Assembly (NCBI GenBank): GCA_016791085.1
Contig: JAEUNN010000345.1
Location: 1 to 29,121 of the forward strand
Length of the DNA: 29,121 bases
From: Rhodocyclaceae bacterium
Lineage (GTDB): Bacteria > Pseudomonadota > Gammaproteobacteria > Burkholderiales > Rhodocyclaceae
Direction of reading: 5' to 3'
Part shown: piece after piece, positions 18,483 through 27,608 of the stretch
Layout: each line of letters begins with the position of its first letter
Position numbering within the stretch: position 1 is the stretch's first letter
The notes under the pieces: model-generated
The model's database searches: none
The model's input: only the letters and a program-made list of their open reading frames with translations
Told to the model about the DNA's origin: nothing
Position numbers and translations under genes: made by a program

Positions 18483-21457
18483 TGACCCGACGACTGATTG
18501 AAGATTGGCTGCCGATCGCGGCGCTGGGAGAAGAGAGCGTGCGCGAGCGGAGGTCTATGACCGCATTGCCGCCAACGTACTACCTCCATGTTTGGTGGGC
18601 ACGTCGCCCGCTGGTGGCCTCGCGTGCGGCGATCCTGGCCTCGTTGCTGCCGGGGGATGCCGACCAGGATAAGTTCCTGCACATGCTGGGGATACATGGG
18701 GACCCCGTTGCGGCGAAGAAACGAATTGCAAAGGCCACTCGTGACGGTGTTCGGCTTGGTGCGGATGCTTACGGCTATTCCCGAGCATTCTCATATTCGC
18801 CAACAGACGAGGAACGAAGCTGGTTCACCGATGAGGTGTCGCGCATCGTCGCGGTAGCACCTGCCGTACTTGATCCGACTGCCGGGGGCGGGAGCATTCC
18901 ATTTGAAAGCGCCAGGCTCGGCTTGACGACGATTGGCAACGACCTCAACCCGGTCGCATCACTCATTGGGCGTGCCACGATCGAACTGCCCATCAAGCAC
19001 GGTCAGGCGGTGCGGCTGGAAATGCTGCGCTTGGGCAAAGTTTTGGTGGAGTGTGTGCGGGAACGTCTTGCCTTCGCCTATCCCGACGAACCAGTAGCCG
19101 ATACGCGTCCAGACGGTTATCTCTGGGCACGCACTGTTCGCTGCCCCCACTGCGAGGGGCTGGTGCCCCTTTCCCCCAACTGGCGCCTGGCACCGGACGG
19201 CACCGGGGTGCGGCTCGAACCGCACAAGGGCAGCGGGCCAGGCGACGCCGCGCGCCACATCCGCTTCCAGATCGTCGCCAAGGTGCAGGAGCAGTCCGCG
19301 GGCACTGTCTCAGGCGGCGACGCCACCTGCCCCTTCGATGACTGCGGGCGGCTGATTTCCGGCGACCACATCCAGGCCGAGGCCCAGGCGGGACGGATGG
19401 GTGAGCAACTCTTTACCGTGGTGTTCAAGAAAAAGGTCATTACCGGCTACACCAAGGCTGGCAAGCCCAAGGAGAAATGGGTGCGCGGCTACCGCGCGCC
19501 CCGGCCCGAGGACGACGTTTCAGAACAGGTTGCGGCAACGCTGGCAGAGAAGCTGCCGGAGTGGGAGGCGCTGGACGTCATCCCTACGGAGAGAGTTCCC
19601 GAGGGACACAAAACTGGAAGCGGTCACGGAGACGGTACCGACCTGCCGCTCAAGCGCGGTGAGACGCACTGGATCCACATGTTCTCGCCCCGCCAGTTGC
19701 TCGGCCACGGTACCGCCGTCGAGGTGTTCCGGGAGCTAATCGAGGAGGAGAAGGCTGCAGAGCGCTGGAGCGAACTGACAGCGGCGGCGTTCTGCTACTT
19801 GTCCTTTTCGTTCGACAAACTGCGCGACTACAACTCACGCATGACGCGCTGGCACGTCAACCGCGAGGTCGTGGTCAATACTTTCGACCGTCACGATTTC
19901 GCTTTCAAGTGGTCCTACGCCGAGATGGCCCCGCTTATCGTCGGCCTGGGCTACGACTGGGCCATCGAGCAGACCGCCAAGTGCATCGGCGAATTGGTGG
20001 AACTGGTGCGACCGGACGCCAAGACCGCCGAGAGCGGCCAGGCCGGTTTCGATTTCGACCATCCGCGCAAAGGTTTTACGCCACCTCCGGTCACCCTTAG
20101 CTGCAAGTCCGGCGACAGCCTGGACCACATTGCCGATGCCAGCATCGACGCAGTCGTGATGGACCCACCCTACTACGATAACGTGATGTACGCCGAGTTG
20201 TCCGACTTCTTCTACGTCTGGCTCAAGCGCACCGCCGGCTATGTCTATCCCGAGTTGTTCCGCCGCCCGCTCACCGACAAGGAAAACGAGGCAGTCGCCA
20301 ACCCCGCCAAGTTCAAGGGTGAAAAGGGCGCCAAAGCGCTGGCCGGGCGCGACTACCAGCACCGCATGGCGGCCATCTTCACCGAGATGCGCCGGGTATT
20401 GAAGCCCGACGGCATCATGACCCTGATGTTCACCCACAAGGCCACCGGCGCCTGGGACGCGCTCACCACCGGCTTGATGGAAGCGGGTTTCGCGATCACG
20501 GCGTCCTGGCCGATCAACACCGAGGCCGAAGGCAGCCTGCATATCAAGGACAAATCGGCGGCCAACTCCACAGTGTTCCTGGTGTGCCGGCCACGCACGG
20601 ACAACGGAGACGACGTCCGCTATTGGGAAGACATCGAGCCCACGGTACGGCAGGCCGTCCGGAGCCGCATCGCGCAGTTCCAGCAGGGCGGCATCCGCGG
20701 CGTGGACCTATACCTCTCTTGCTTCGGTCCTGCGCTCGAAGCTTTCTCGCAACACTGGCCGCTCAAACGCGGTACGCCTCGACAGAACATCGAGCAGGCG
20801 CGCCGGCGCAAGCGGCAGAGCGAGATTTTCGAAGAGGAGTACGACCCCTACGCCGTCACCCCGGAGGACGCGCTGGAAGTGGCGCGCCGCGAGGTGAAGG
20901 ACTGGCGCCTGCATCAGATCACGCATGCACAGCGCAACGTCGAACTCGACAACCTGACCAGTTGGTTCGTGCTGGCCTGGGATGCCTTCGAAGCGCCCGT
21001 GTTTCCGTACGACGAAGCGAATCGGCTTGCGAAGGTGTGCGGCATCGATCTCGACCGCGATGTCGTGGGCAAGCTGGCGGAAAAGAAGGGTTCCGATCTC
21101 GTCCTTTGGGACAGCGTAACCCGCGCAGCGAAGGGGTCGCTGGGACTACCGGATGGGCGTGGCTCGATGATGGACGCGCTGCACCACCTCGCACGGGCAA
21201 CGCGGTCGGCGTCGCTCGAATCCGCCAATGAACTGCTCGCCAAGCACAGCCTGGCCAGCGAGCCGAGCTTTCTGGTTGCGCTGGAAGCGGTGCTCGAAGT
21301 GCTGCCGGTCGGCAAGGAGTGGAGCGGCCTCGATCTTCCCGATACGGCCCAGGGCGCCGGCGCCGACTTCGATGCGCTCGAGAAGCTGCGACGCCTGGCA
21401 TTGGCCGAGACGATTGCCGAACCCGAGCAGCTTAGGATTTGGCAAGAGGAGGTCTGA
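18479..21457 (+). CDS. DUF1156/COG1743-type adenine-specific DNA methyltransferase with Zn-ribbon (992 aa)
   Basis: N-terminal YYLHVWWARRPL (the WWARRP signature I associate with DUF1156). Motif I: VLDPTAGGGSIPFESARLG. Cys pairs RCPHCEG ... ATCPFDDCG form a Zn ribbon. Catalytic motif IV: AVVMDPPYYDN (DPPY, an amino-methyltransferase signature). The start ATG overlaps the upstream stop. Confidence 0.85.
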   Translation: MMTRRLIEDWLPIAALGEESVRERRSMTALPPTYYLHVWWARRPLVASRAAILASLLPGDADQDKFLHMLGIHGDPVAAKKRIAKATRDGVRLGADAYGYSRAFSYSPTDEERSWFTDEVSRIVAVAPAVLDPTAGGGSIPFESARLGLTTIGNDLNPVASLIGRATIELPIKHGQAVRLEMLRLGKVLVECVRERLAFAYPDEPVADTRPDGYLWARTVRCPHCEGLVPLSPNWRLAPDGTGVRLEPHKGSGPGDAARHIRFQIVAKVQEQSAGTVSGGDATCPFDDCGRLISGDHIQAEAQAGRMGEQLFTVVFKKKVITGYTKAGKPKEKWVRGYRAPRPEDDVSEQVAATLAEKLPEWEALDVIPTERVPEGHKTGSGHGDGTDLPLKRGETHWIHMFSPRQLLGHGTAVEVFRELIEEEKAAERWSELTAAAFCYLSFSFDKLRDYNSRMTRWHVNREVVVNTFDRHDFAFKWSYAEMAPLIVGLGYDWAIEQTAKCIGELVELVRPDAKTAESGQAGFDFDHPRKGFTPPPVTLSCKSGDSLDHIADASIDAVVMDPPYYDNVMYAELSDFFYVWLKRTAGYVYPELFRRPLTDKENEAVANPAKFKGEKGAKALAGRDYQHRMAAIFTEMRRVLKPDGIMTLMFTHKATGAWDALTTGLMEAGFAITASWPINTEAEGSLHIKDKSAANSTVFLVCRPRTDNGDDVRYWEDIEPTVRQAVRSRIAQFQQGGIRGVDLYLSCFGPALEAFSQHWPLKRGTPRQNIEQARRRKRQSEIFEEEYDPYAVTPEDALEVARREVKDWRLHQITHAQRNVELDNLTSWFVLAWDAFEAPVFPYDEANRLAKVCGIDLDRDVVGKLAEKKGSDLVLWDSVTRAAKGSLGLPDGRGSMMDALHHLARATRSASLESANELLAKHSLASEPSFLVALEAVLEVLPVGKEWSGLDLPDTAQGAGADFDALEKLRRLALAETIAEPEQLRIWQEEV

Positions 21458-21458
21458 C

Positions 21459-24400
21459 TTGCCACTGCTGACCGACTACGACTGGCGCAGCAAGTACGAC
21501 CCCGATGATGGAACACTCATCGAGCAGTTCTACCTGACCGCCCTTGCCTGCGCACAGCGCTACGACCGCACCACCGGCTATTTCAGCGCAACCGCGCTTG
21601 CTATCGCAGCACGCGGCATTGAAGGTCTCGTGCTCAATGCCGGCCGCATGCGCATGGTGGTGGGTTGCACGCTCGGGCAGCCGGAAGTGGACGCCATCGA
21701 GCAAGGCCAGTCGCTCAAGGACACCGTGGCCGGCATGCTGCTGGCCATGCCTCTGATTAGCACCAGCAAGGGCGATAAGGAGGCCCTTGAACTGATGGCC
21801 TGGATGGTTGCCAAGGGACACCTCGAAATCAAGGTGGCCGTGCCCTGCGACGAGAATCGCAACCCGGTCACGTCGAACGCCATCTTCCACGAGAAGACGG
21901 GTGTCATGGAGGACAAGACCGGTAACCGGCTTGCATTCGCCGGCAGCATCAACGAGACGGCCTACGGGTGGTTGCACAACTGGGAGAGCTTTCACGTCTT
22001 CTGCGACTGGGATGGCGGTACCAAGCATGTGGATGCCGAGGAGCGGACATTCGCGCAGTTGTGGGCCGACAAATCCAGGCGCGCAAAGGTGCTCGACGTG
22101 CCGGCGGCAGTACGGGAGGATCTGCTGCGCTTCATGCCGGCCGACGACCAGGAACCGGAACGGCTGAAACGCGCCCGAGCCGAGGGACCGGCGCCCGAGG
22201 TTACGAACACCGAGGGGACCAAGGCCACTCCCACCAGCCCGCGAGCCGGTGTCGACGAGACGCGCAAACAGGTCTGGAACACCATCTGGGGCGCCCCGCA
22301 ATTGCCCGGCGGTGAGCGCATCGCCGAGGTGACGAGTGCCATCACGCCGTGGCCCCACCAGGTGCGCGCGTTCGATCGCATGGTTGGCAACTGGCCACCC
22401 AGGCTGCTCATCGCCGACGAAGTAGGCCTGGGAAAGACCATCGAAGCGGGCATGCTGTTGCGTTACGCTTGGCTATCCGGCCGGGCGAAGCGCATCCTGG
22501 TGCTCGCCCCGAAGGCCGTGATGACGCAGTGGCAGATTGAGCTACGCGAGAAGTTCAACCTCAACTGGCCGATCTACGACGGCAAGGCGCTCAATTGGTA
22601 CCCGTCTCCGCTGATGAAGGGGCACCAGGAACGCGACGCTTCGCGGGACGATTGGCACCGAGAGCCTTTCGTCATCGCCTCGAGCCACTTGATGCGTCGG
22701 CGAGACCGGCAGCGCGAGCTGCTCGAGGTTGCCGAGCCGTGGGACCTGATCGTTCTGGACGAGGCGCATCACGCTCGGCGCAAGAGCCCTGGCGCGACCA
22801 AGGAAGGACCGCCCAACCTGCTGCTGCAATTGATGCAGAAGCTGAACGCGCGGACGCAAGGGCTGCTGCTGTTGACGGCGACGCCGATGCAGGTGCACCC
22901 GGTGGAAGTGTGGGACCTGCTCGTCCTGCTGGCCATGCCGGCTGCGTGGTCGCGGGGTGCCTTTCTGGAATTCTTTCGCAAGTCCGGCGACGGCAATCCG
23001 TCGCCCGAGGACTTCGAGATGCTGGCGGCGCTGTTCCGTGCAGCCGAGGCTGCGTTCGGCACGATGCCGATGGACGTCGCGGTGCGGCGCACGGCAGGCA
23101 AGAGCCGCCTCAAAGCGCAGAAGGTACTGCGTGCGCTGCGCGACACCGCTGCCACGCCGCGGCGGCAGCTCTCCGCCGAGGAACGGCGCAGTGCCGTGGC
23201 CATCATGCGTGCCCACACGCCAGTGGCTGGCCTGATTTCCCGCCATACGCGCGACCTGCTGCGCGAATACCACCGCCGCGGAATGATAGCCTCGCCTATC
23301 GCCAACCGGATGGTAGTCGACGAGTTCCTCGACATGACGAAGGTCGAGGAGGAGGTGTACGGGGCGCTGGAGGACTACATCTCCACGACCTATAACAACG
23401 CCGCCCAGGACAAGCGCAGCGCGGTTGGCTTCGTGATGACCACCTATCGCAAGCGCTTGGCATCAAGCTTCTACGCGCTGCGCAAGACGCTTGAGGAACG
23501 GCTCGGCGTAGTCGCCGGGCAGGCGAGCTTGCCGTTCGATCAGCTTCGAACCGCCGAAGACGCCGAGGACGACGAGGACGAGAGCGGCGACCAGGCCGAT
23601 GACGACGTCGTGGCGGCGCAGAAGCTTGTCGCCCTCAACCTGGAGGAGAGCGGCGAGATTGAGCGGTTGTTGGCCCAAGTTCGCCGTCTGCCGGTGGACA
23701 GCAAGGCCATCCGCCTGGCGGAGGTACTGCGCTCGCTGCAGGCTGGCAGCTTCCATGCGATGGACAACACGCTGCTGCCACCGTACCCGCAGGCCATCGT
23801 GTTCACGCAGTACACCGATACGCTCGACTACCTGCGCGACTACCTGAAGGGCGAGGGCTTCTCCATCCTGTGCTATTCAGGGCGCGGCGGTGAATGGTTG
23901 CTGCCGGACGGGCGGTGGAAGAACTTGTCACGTGAGGAGACCAAGAGGCGATTCCGTCGTGGCGATGCCCAGGTGCTGGTCTGTACCGACGCGGCGGCCG
24001 AAGGCCTGAACTTCCAGTTCTGCGGCGCGCTCATCAACTTCGATTCTCCATGGAACCCCATGCGGGTGGAGCAGCGCATCGGCCGTGTCGACCGGCTGGG
24101 CCAACGCTTCGAGCGCATCGCCGTCGTGAACCTGATGTACGAAGACACGGTTGAGACCGATGTGTACCGGGCTCTGCGCACGCGCATCAACTTATTCACC
24201 GCCGTGGTCGGGCGGCTGCAGCCGATTCTTTCGACGATGCCGCAGCGCATCGCCGCCGTGGCATTAACCGGCCCGGACGGGCGTCAGCAGGCAAGAGCGA
24301 ATCTCATCTCCCACCTTCAACATGAAGCGGCGGCACCTGCACCGGAGTCGTTCGATATCGACGACGCCATCGACGCGGCGCTCGAGATGGGCGACAGGCC

Positions 24401-24680
24401 TCCCGCGCCGTACGACCTGGAAGACCTCGGCCGCCTGCTCGACCACCAGAAGCTGCTACCGCCGGGATGCGAAGCCCAGCGGGCCAACTCGAAGGACGTG
24501 TTCTGGATTCAGCCCGGCGCGCCCAAGGTGGCGGTGACCACAGATCCCGAGTTCTTCGAAGAGCATGCTGACTCGCTGGAGTTCTGGACGCCGGGAAGCC
24601 CAGCGTTCCCCGGCCCAAGCCTCTCGGAAGGCTTCACGGCCGAACCGGTGCGCTTGAGCGAACTGCTGCGCTCTTCATGA
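21459..24680 (+). CDS. PLD-family nuclease domain fused to SNF2/SWI2-family helicase (~1073 aa), TTG start
   Basis: The ORF tracker starts at 21228, overlapping the methylase by 230 nt. In-frame TTG at 21459, with GAGG 7 nt upstream and 1 nt after the methylase TGA, is the likely start (LPLLTDYDW...). The N-terminal region has a PLD HKD-type motif FHEKTGVMEDKTGNRLAFAGSIN (H-x-K-x4-D ... GSxN). SNF2 helicase motifs: I LLIADEVGLGKTIEAG, II LIVLDEAHHARR, V-VI VLVCTDAAAEGLNFQFCGALINFDSPWNPMRVEQRIGRVDRLGQ. Confidence 0.85.
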   Translation: MPLLTDYDWRSKYDPDDGTLIEQFYLTALACAQRYDRTTGYFSATALAIAARGIEGLVLNAGRMRMVVGCTLGQPEVDAIEQGQSLKDTVAGMLLAMPLISTSKGDKEALELMAWMVAKGHLEIKVAVPCDENRNPVTSNAIFHEKTGVMEDKTGNRLAFAGSINETAYGWLHNWESFHVFCDWDGGTKHVDAEERTFAQLWADKSRRAKVLDVPAAVREDLLRFMPADDQEPERLKRARAEGPAPEVTNTEGTKATPTSPRAGVDETRKQVWNTIWGAPQLPGGERIAEVTSAITPWPHQVRAFDRMVGNWPPRLLIADEVGLGKTIEAGMLLRYAWLSGRAKRILVLAPKAVMTQWQIELREKFNLNWPIYDGKALNWYPSPLMKGHQERDASRDDWHREPFVIASSHLMRRRDRQRELLEVAEPWDLIVLDEAHHARRKSPGATKEGPPNLLLQLMQKLNARTQGLLLLTATPMQVHPVEVWDLLVLLAMPAAWSRGAFLEFFRKSGDGNPSPEDFEMLAALFRAAEAAFGTMPMDVAVRRTAGKSRLKAQKVLRALRDTAATPRRQLSAEERRSAVAIMRAHTPVAGLISRHTRDLLREYHRRGMIASPIANRMVVDEFLDMTKVEEEVYGALEDYISTTYNNAAQDKRSAVGFVMTTYRKRLASSFYALRKTLEERLGVVAGQASLPFDQLRTAEDAEDDEDESGDQADDDVVAAQKLVALNLEESGEIERLLAQVRRLPVDSKAIRLAEVLRSLQAGSFHAMDNTLLPPYPQAIVFTQYTDTLDYLRDYLKGEGFSILCYSGRGGEWLLPDGRWKNLSREETKRRFRRGDAQVLVCTDAAAEGLNFQFCGALINFDSPWNPMRVEQRIGRVDRLGQRFERIAVVNLMYEDTVETDVYRALRTRINLFTAVVGRLQPILSTMPQRIAAVALTGPDGRQQARANLISHLQHEAAAPAPESFDIDDAIDAALEMGDRPPAPYDLEDLGRLLDHQKLLPPGCEAQRANSKDVFWIQPGAPKVAVTTDPEFFEEHADSLEFWTPGSPAFPGPSLSEGFTAEPVRLSELLRSS

Positions 24681-24696
24681 CTCGGGCCGACGAGCA

Positions 24697-26079
24697 ATGA
24701 CAACCTCTGACGACAAGAAGCTCACCGACCGGCAACTGCTCGGCAGCCAGGGCACCAGTCTCATTGATCTGGTCGTATCAAGAATGGGTTTTGTCTGGCG
24801 ATCGACGGCACAGCACGACGCGGGTATCGACGGCGAGATTGAAGTCAGGGACCCGTCGACTGGCCGCATGACGGGCCTGCTCATCAAGGTGCAGAGCAAG
24901 GCGGTCTCGACCTTCGCTAACGAGACCGACGAGAGTTTCGACTACTGGCCGGAAGAGCGCGACATGCGCTACTGGCTGGGCCACAACCTGCCCGTCATCT
25001 TGGTCGTGTCCCAACCTGCGACAGGAAGCATCTACTGGCTCCCGGTGCGGGAGCAGACCTCCTCAGCAAACTCTAAGCGCTTCCACTTCCTCAAGGCCAG
25101 CGACCGCCTTGACGAGGGAGCCCGGGGGCGACTGATTCAGTTGGCGCAGAGCGCTGGCCAGGGCGCGGTGGCTCCGGCGCTGGCGAAGCACGAGCAGTTA
25201 ATCAGCAATCTGTTGCCGGTCGTCCGGCTGCCCGATCGCCTGTACCTGGCGGAAACGAAATTTCGGAGTGGCAAGGAGATTGGCGACCTGCTGAGGGAAA
25301 TGAACCAGCGGGCCGACACTGAAACCACGACGGGCGCAAGGACCGTTCGTCCCGAGCTACGCGTCGAATTCGTGCTCAAGAACAAGCGCATTCTGACTGT
25401 TCGCGACCTCACCGACCCGCGCTATGAGTTCCTGTGCGACCGTGGAACCGTGGAGGACTTCCCCACATCCGAGTGGGCCCTCGCAGCGGACGCGGAAAAG
25501 CAACGTGACTTCGTGCACCTCCTGAACCAGTGCCTCCGAGAGATGCTTCGCGGCATGCCGGAGCATCTGTGGTTCGACCGCGGTGCGAGGTGCTTCTTCT
25601 TCCCTCCGTCACGCGACCGGAAGCCTTACGACTACGCGTACCGCGGCGCCAAGAAGGAGACGGTCCGAGAGGTGTTCAAGGAGCGCATCAACAAGAGCAA
25701 AGGCCACGTCATGGGCTACCGACATAGCGCGATGATTGCCCAATTCTACCGGTACGACGGGTCGTGGTACCTCGAAGTGACACCTACCTACTTCTTCACC
25801 AAGGACGGCGCCCAGAAGAGCAAGTGGCACGAAGAATGGCTGAAGGGCATCAAGGAACTTGAGAAGAACCAGGCAGTGCGCGGCCAGCTTCTCATGTGGG
25901 CCGACCTACTGGTGGAGGTCCCGGACCTCCTTAGTGATGGGTATCCGTTCCTGAGGTTCGGTCCGCCGACTACGTTCTCGACCGAGCGCGGGATCGACGA
26001 TACGGCATGGGCGGCCTCTGACTCGAGCGGAAAATCGGGGATTCCCGATGGCACCGCTCCACTGTTCGAGCTGCTCTGA
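24697..26079 (+). CDS. DUF4365 (DREN, PD-(D/E)xK-like nuclease) domain protein, 460 aa. Candidate DREN-APAZ partner of a short prokaryotic Argonaute (SPARDA-like).
   Basis: N-terminus LGSQGTSLIDLVVSRMGFVWRSTAQHDAGIDGEIEVRD...GLLIKVQSKAV...HNLPVILVV carries the D-GID-x-E ... VQSK pattern of DUF4365/restriction-endonuclease-like fold. The ~300 residues after the nuclease domain are compatible in size with an APAZ domain; APAZ identity is not verifiable by eye. The stop overlaps the downstream start (TGATG). Confidence 0.55.
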   Translation: MTTSDDKKLTDRQLLGSQGTSLIDLVVSRMGFVWRSTAQHDAGIDGEIEVRDPSTGRMTGLLIKVQSKAVSTFANETDESFDYWPEERDMRYWLGHNLPVILVVSQPATGSIYWLPVREQTSSANSKRFHFLKASDRLDEGARGRLIQLAQSAGQGAVAPALAKHEQLISNLLPVVRLPDRLYLAETKFRSGKEIGDLLREMNQRADTETTTGARTVRPELRVEFVLKNKRILTVRDLTDPRYEFLCDRGTVEDFPTSEWALAADAEKQRDFVHLLNQCLREMLRGMPEHLWFDRGARCFFFPPSRDRKPYDYAYRGAKKETVREVFKERINKSKGHVMGYRHSAMIAQFYRYDGSWYLEVTPTYFFTKDGAQKSKWHEEWLKGIKELEKNQAVRGQLLMWADLLVEVPDLLSDGYPFLRFGPPTTFSTERGIDDTAWAASDSSGKSGIPDGTAPLFELL

Positions 26080-27527
26080 TGAAGTTTGAATACCTCGACG
26101 AGCCGGAACTGGAGTTTGGCGGCCTGCGTCGTCACATCGACATTCGGCAAGGGCTGACACTCTTTGGCCCTCTGGATGCGGACGCCGAACGACCCCGTCG
26201 GATTCGACTTGGTTTGGTTGGCACGCAGCAGACCGTGGACGGTATCGTGCAGTGGTTGGAACGCTGCCGCGGCGGCGTCGCAGCGAAGGCGAGCCGACAA
26301 CCAAATCTGTTTCCTGCGTTCCCTGGGTTTGGTGCCGAGTCGGCTTTCAGGACCGAATTCGACATCGACCAGTCGCTCGTGCGCGCCTTGTCGAGTCGCG
26401 AAGTCGCCCGAATTGCCGCGCTGCCCCACTACACAGCGCTGGCTGAGGCGGAGCAGGTTCTCGAGGGGGAGGTCCAGGCCATCAGCGAGAAAGCCCGTCC
26501 CGACGTGGTTATCGTGGCGTTGCCTGCCGAACTGGTCGCTTTGGAGGATGAAGAAGAGGTTGAGGCGACCGCGGAGTTCGCATCCGAGAAGGACCAGTTG
26601 GACTACGAGACCAACATCGATCTGCGCCATATGCTCAAGGCCAAGGTGATGCGGTTCAATCAGCCGATTCAGCTAGTGTTGCCGCAGACCTATGATGAGC
26701 GAGCCAAGGGCAAGACAAGCAAGAAATCCGGCAAGCGGAGGCTTCAGGACGAAGCGACGCGCGCCTGGAACTTCCATACGGCGCTCTGCTACAAAGCCAA
26801 CCATCGTCTGTGGCGGATTGTCCGAAACGCTGCCGATCTGCACACCTGCTTCGTTGGCATTAGCTTCTATCGCTCGCTGGATCAAGCCAACCTGATGACA
26901 AGCATGGCGCAGGTCTACGACGAGCGCGGCGAGGGTGTGATCGTTCGAGGCAAAGCGGTTGAGCTGTCGAAGGACGACCGTCAGCCCCATCTCTCGAATG
27001 ACGATGCGTGCGCATTGCTGGCATCAGCGTTGAGCGAGTACCGACGCGAGCACAAGCATCCACCGGCACGCGTCGTACTGCACAAGAGCTCTTCCTACAA
27101 CCAGTCGGAACTCGATGGATTCAACGCGGCCGTCGACTCGCAAGGGCTGGATTCGGCCGATTTCCTCGTGGTGTCCAAGTCCTTCAGCCGCCTATACCGC
27201 GATGGTCGGTATCCACCGCTGAGGGGCACGATGCTGACGCTTGATGACAGAACGCACTTGCTGTACACGCGGGGCAGCGTGCGCTACTACGCCACGTATC
27301 CAGGCATGTACGTGCCGAGACCATTGAAGTTCCAGATGGCACAAGCCGACGGTAGCGCTCGCCAGGCAGCGGAGGAACTGCTTGCCCTGACCAAGCTCAA
27401 TTGGAACAACACCCAATTCGACGGTGGCCTGCCCATCACGATGCGCGTGGCGCACGAGGTTGGGAAGGTGTTGAAGTATGTGCCGGATGGCGGCGTCGTG
27501 CAGCCGCGGTACAGCTTCTACATGTGA
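26079..27527 (+). CDS. Candidate short prokaryotic Argonaute (MID-PIWI, catalytically inactive), 482 aa
   Basis: Size, translational coupling to an upstream DUF4365-containing ~460-aa protein, and PIWI-like C-terminal features (VVLHKSSSY...FLVVSKSFSRLYRDG, an RDG-type motif) fit SPARDA/SPARTA-type operons. Assignment is by architecture and is not verified by alignment. Confidence 0.45.
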   Translation: MKFEYLDEPELEFGGLRRHIDIRQGLTLFGPLDADAERPRRIRLGLVGTQQTVDGIVQWLERCRGGVAAKASRQPNLFPAFPGFGAESAFRTEFDIDQSLVRALSSREVARIAALPHYTALAEAEQVLEGEVQAISEKARPDVVIVALPAELVALEDEEEVEATAEFASEKDQLDYETNIDLRHMLKAKVMRFNQPIQLVLPQTYDERAKGKTSKKSGKRRLQDEATRAWNFHTALCYKANHRLWRIVRNAADLHTCFVGISFYRSLDQANLMTSMAQVYDERGEGVIVRGKAVELSKDDRQPHLSNDDACALLASALSEYRREHKHPPARVVLHKSSSYNQSELDGFNAAVDSQGLDSADFLVVSKSFSRLYRDGRYPPLRGTMLTLDDRTHLLYTRGSVRYYATYPGMYVPRPLKFQMAQADGSARQAAEELLALTKLNWNNTQFDGGLPITMRVAHEVGKVLKYVPDGGVVQPRYSFYM

Positions 27528-27565
27528 CAACCAACCACTTCCCGGATAGTGGGCTTGGTAGTGGC

Positions 27566-27597
27566 GTAAATAAAAAACGCGGCCTGAATGCCGCGTG
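27566..27597 (-). terminator. Rho-independent terminator for tRNA-Ser (minus strand). It may also terminate the island operon on the plus strand, where the T-run is weak.
   Basis: Stem ACGCGGC/GCCGCGT (27577-27583 / 27590-27596) with loop CTGAAT. On the minus strand it is followed by TTTTTTATTTAC. It lies just inside the island's right end, immediately 3' of the tRNA. Confidence 0.55.
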
Positions 27598-27608
27598 TTT
27601 ACTAGGTG

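Noticed and set aside
21228-21458. Upstream extension of the helicase ORF overlapping the methylase by 230 nt
   Set aside because: An in-frame TTG with GAGG RBS immediately after the methylase stop gives tight coupling without a long overlap. The upstream in-frame segment shows no conserved features.
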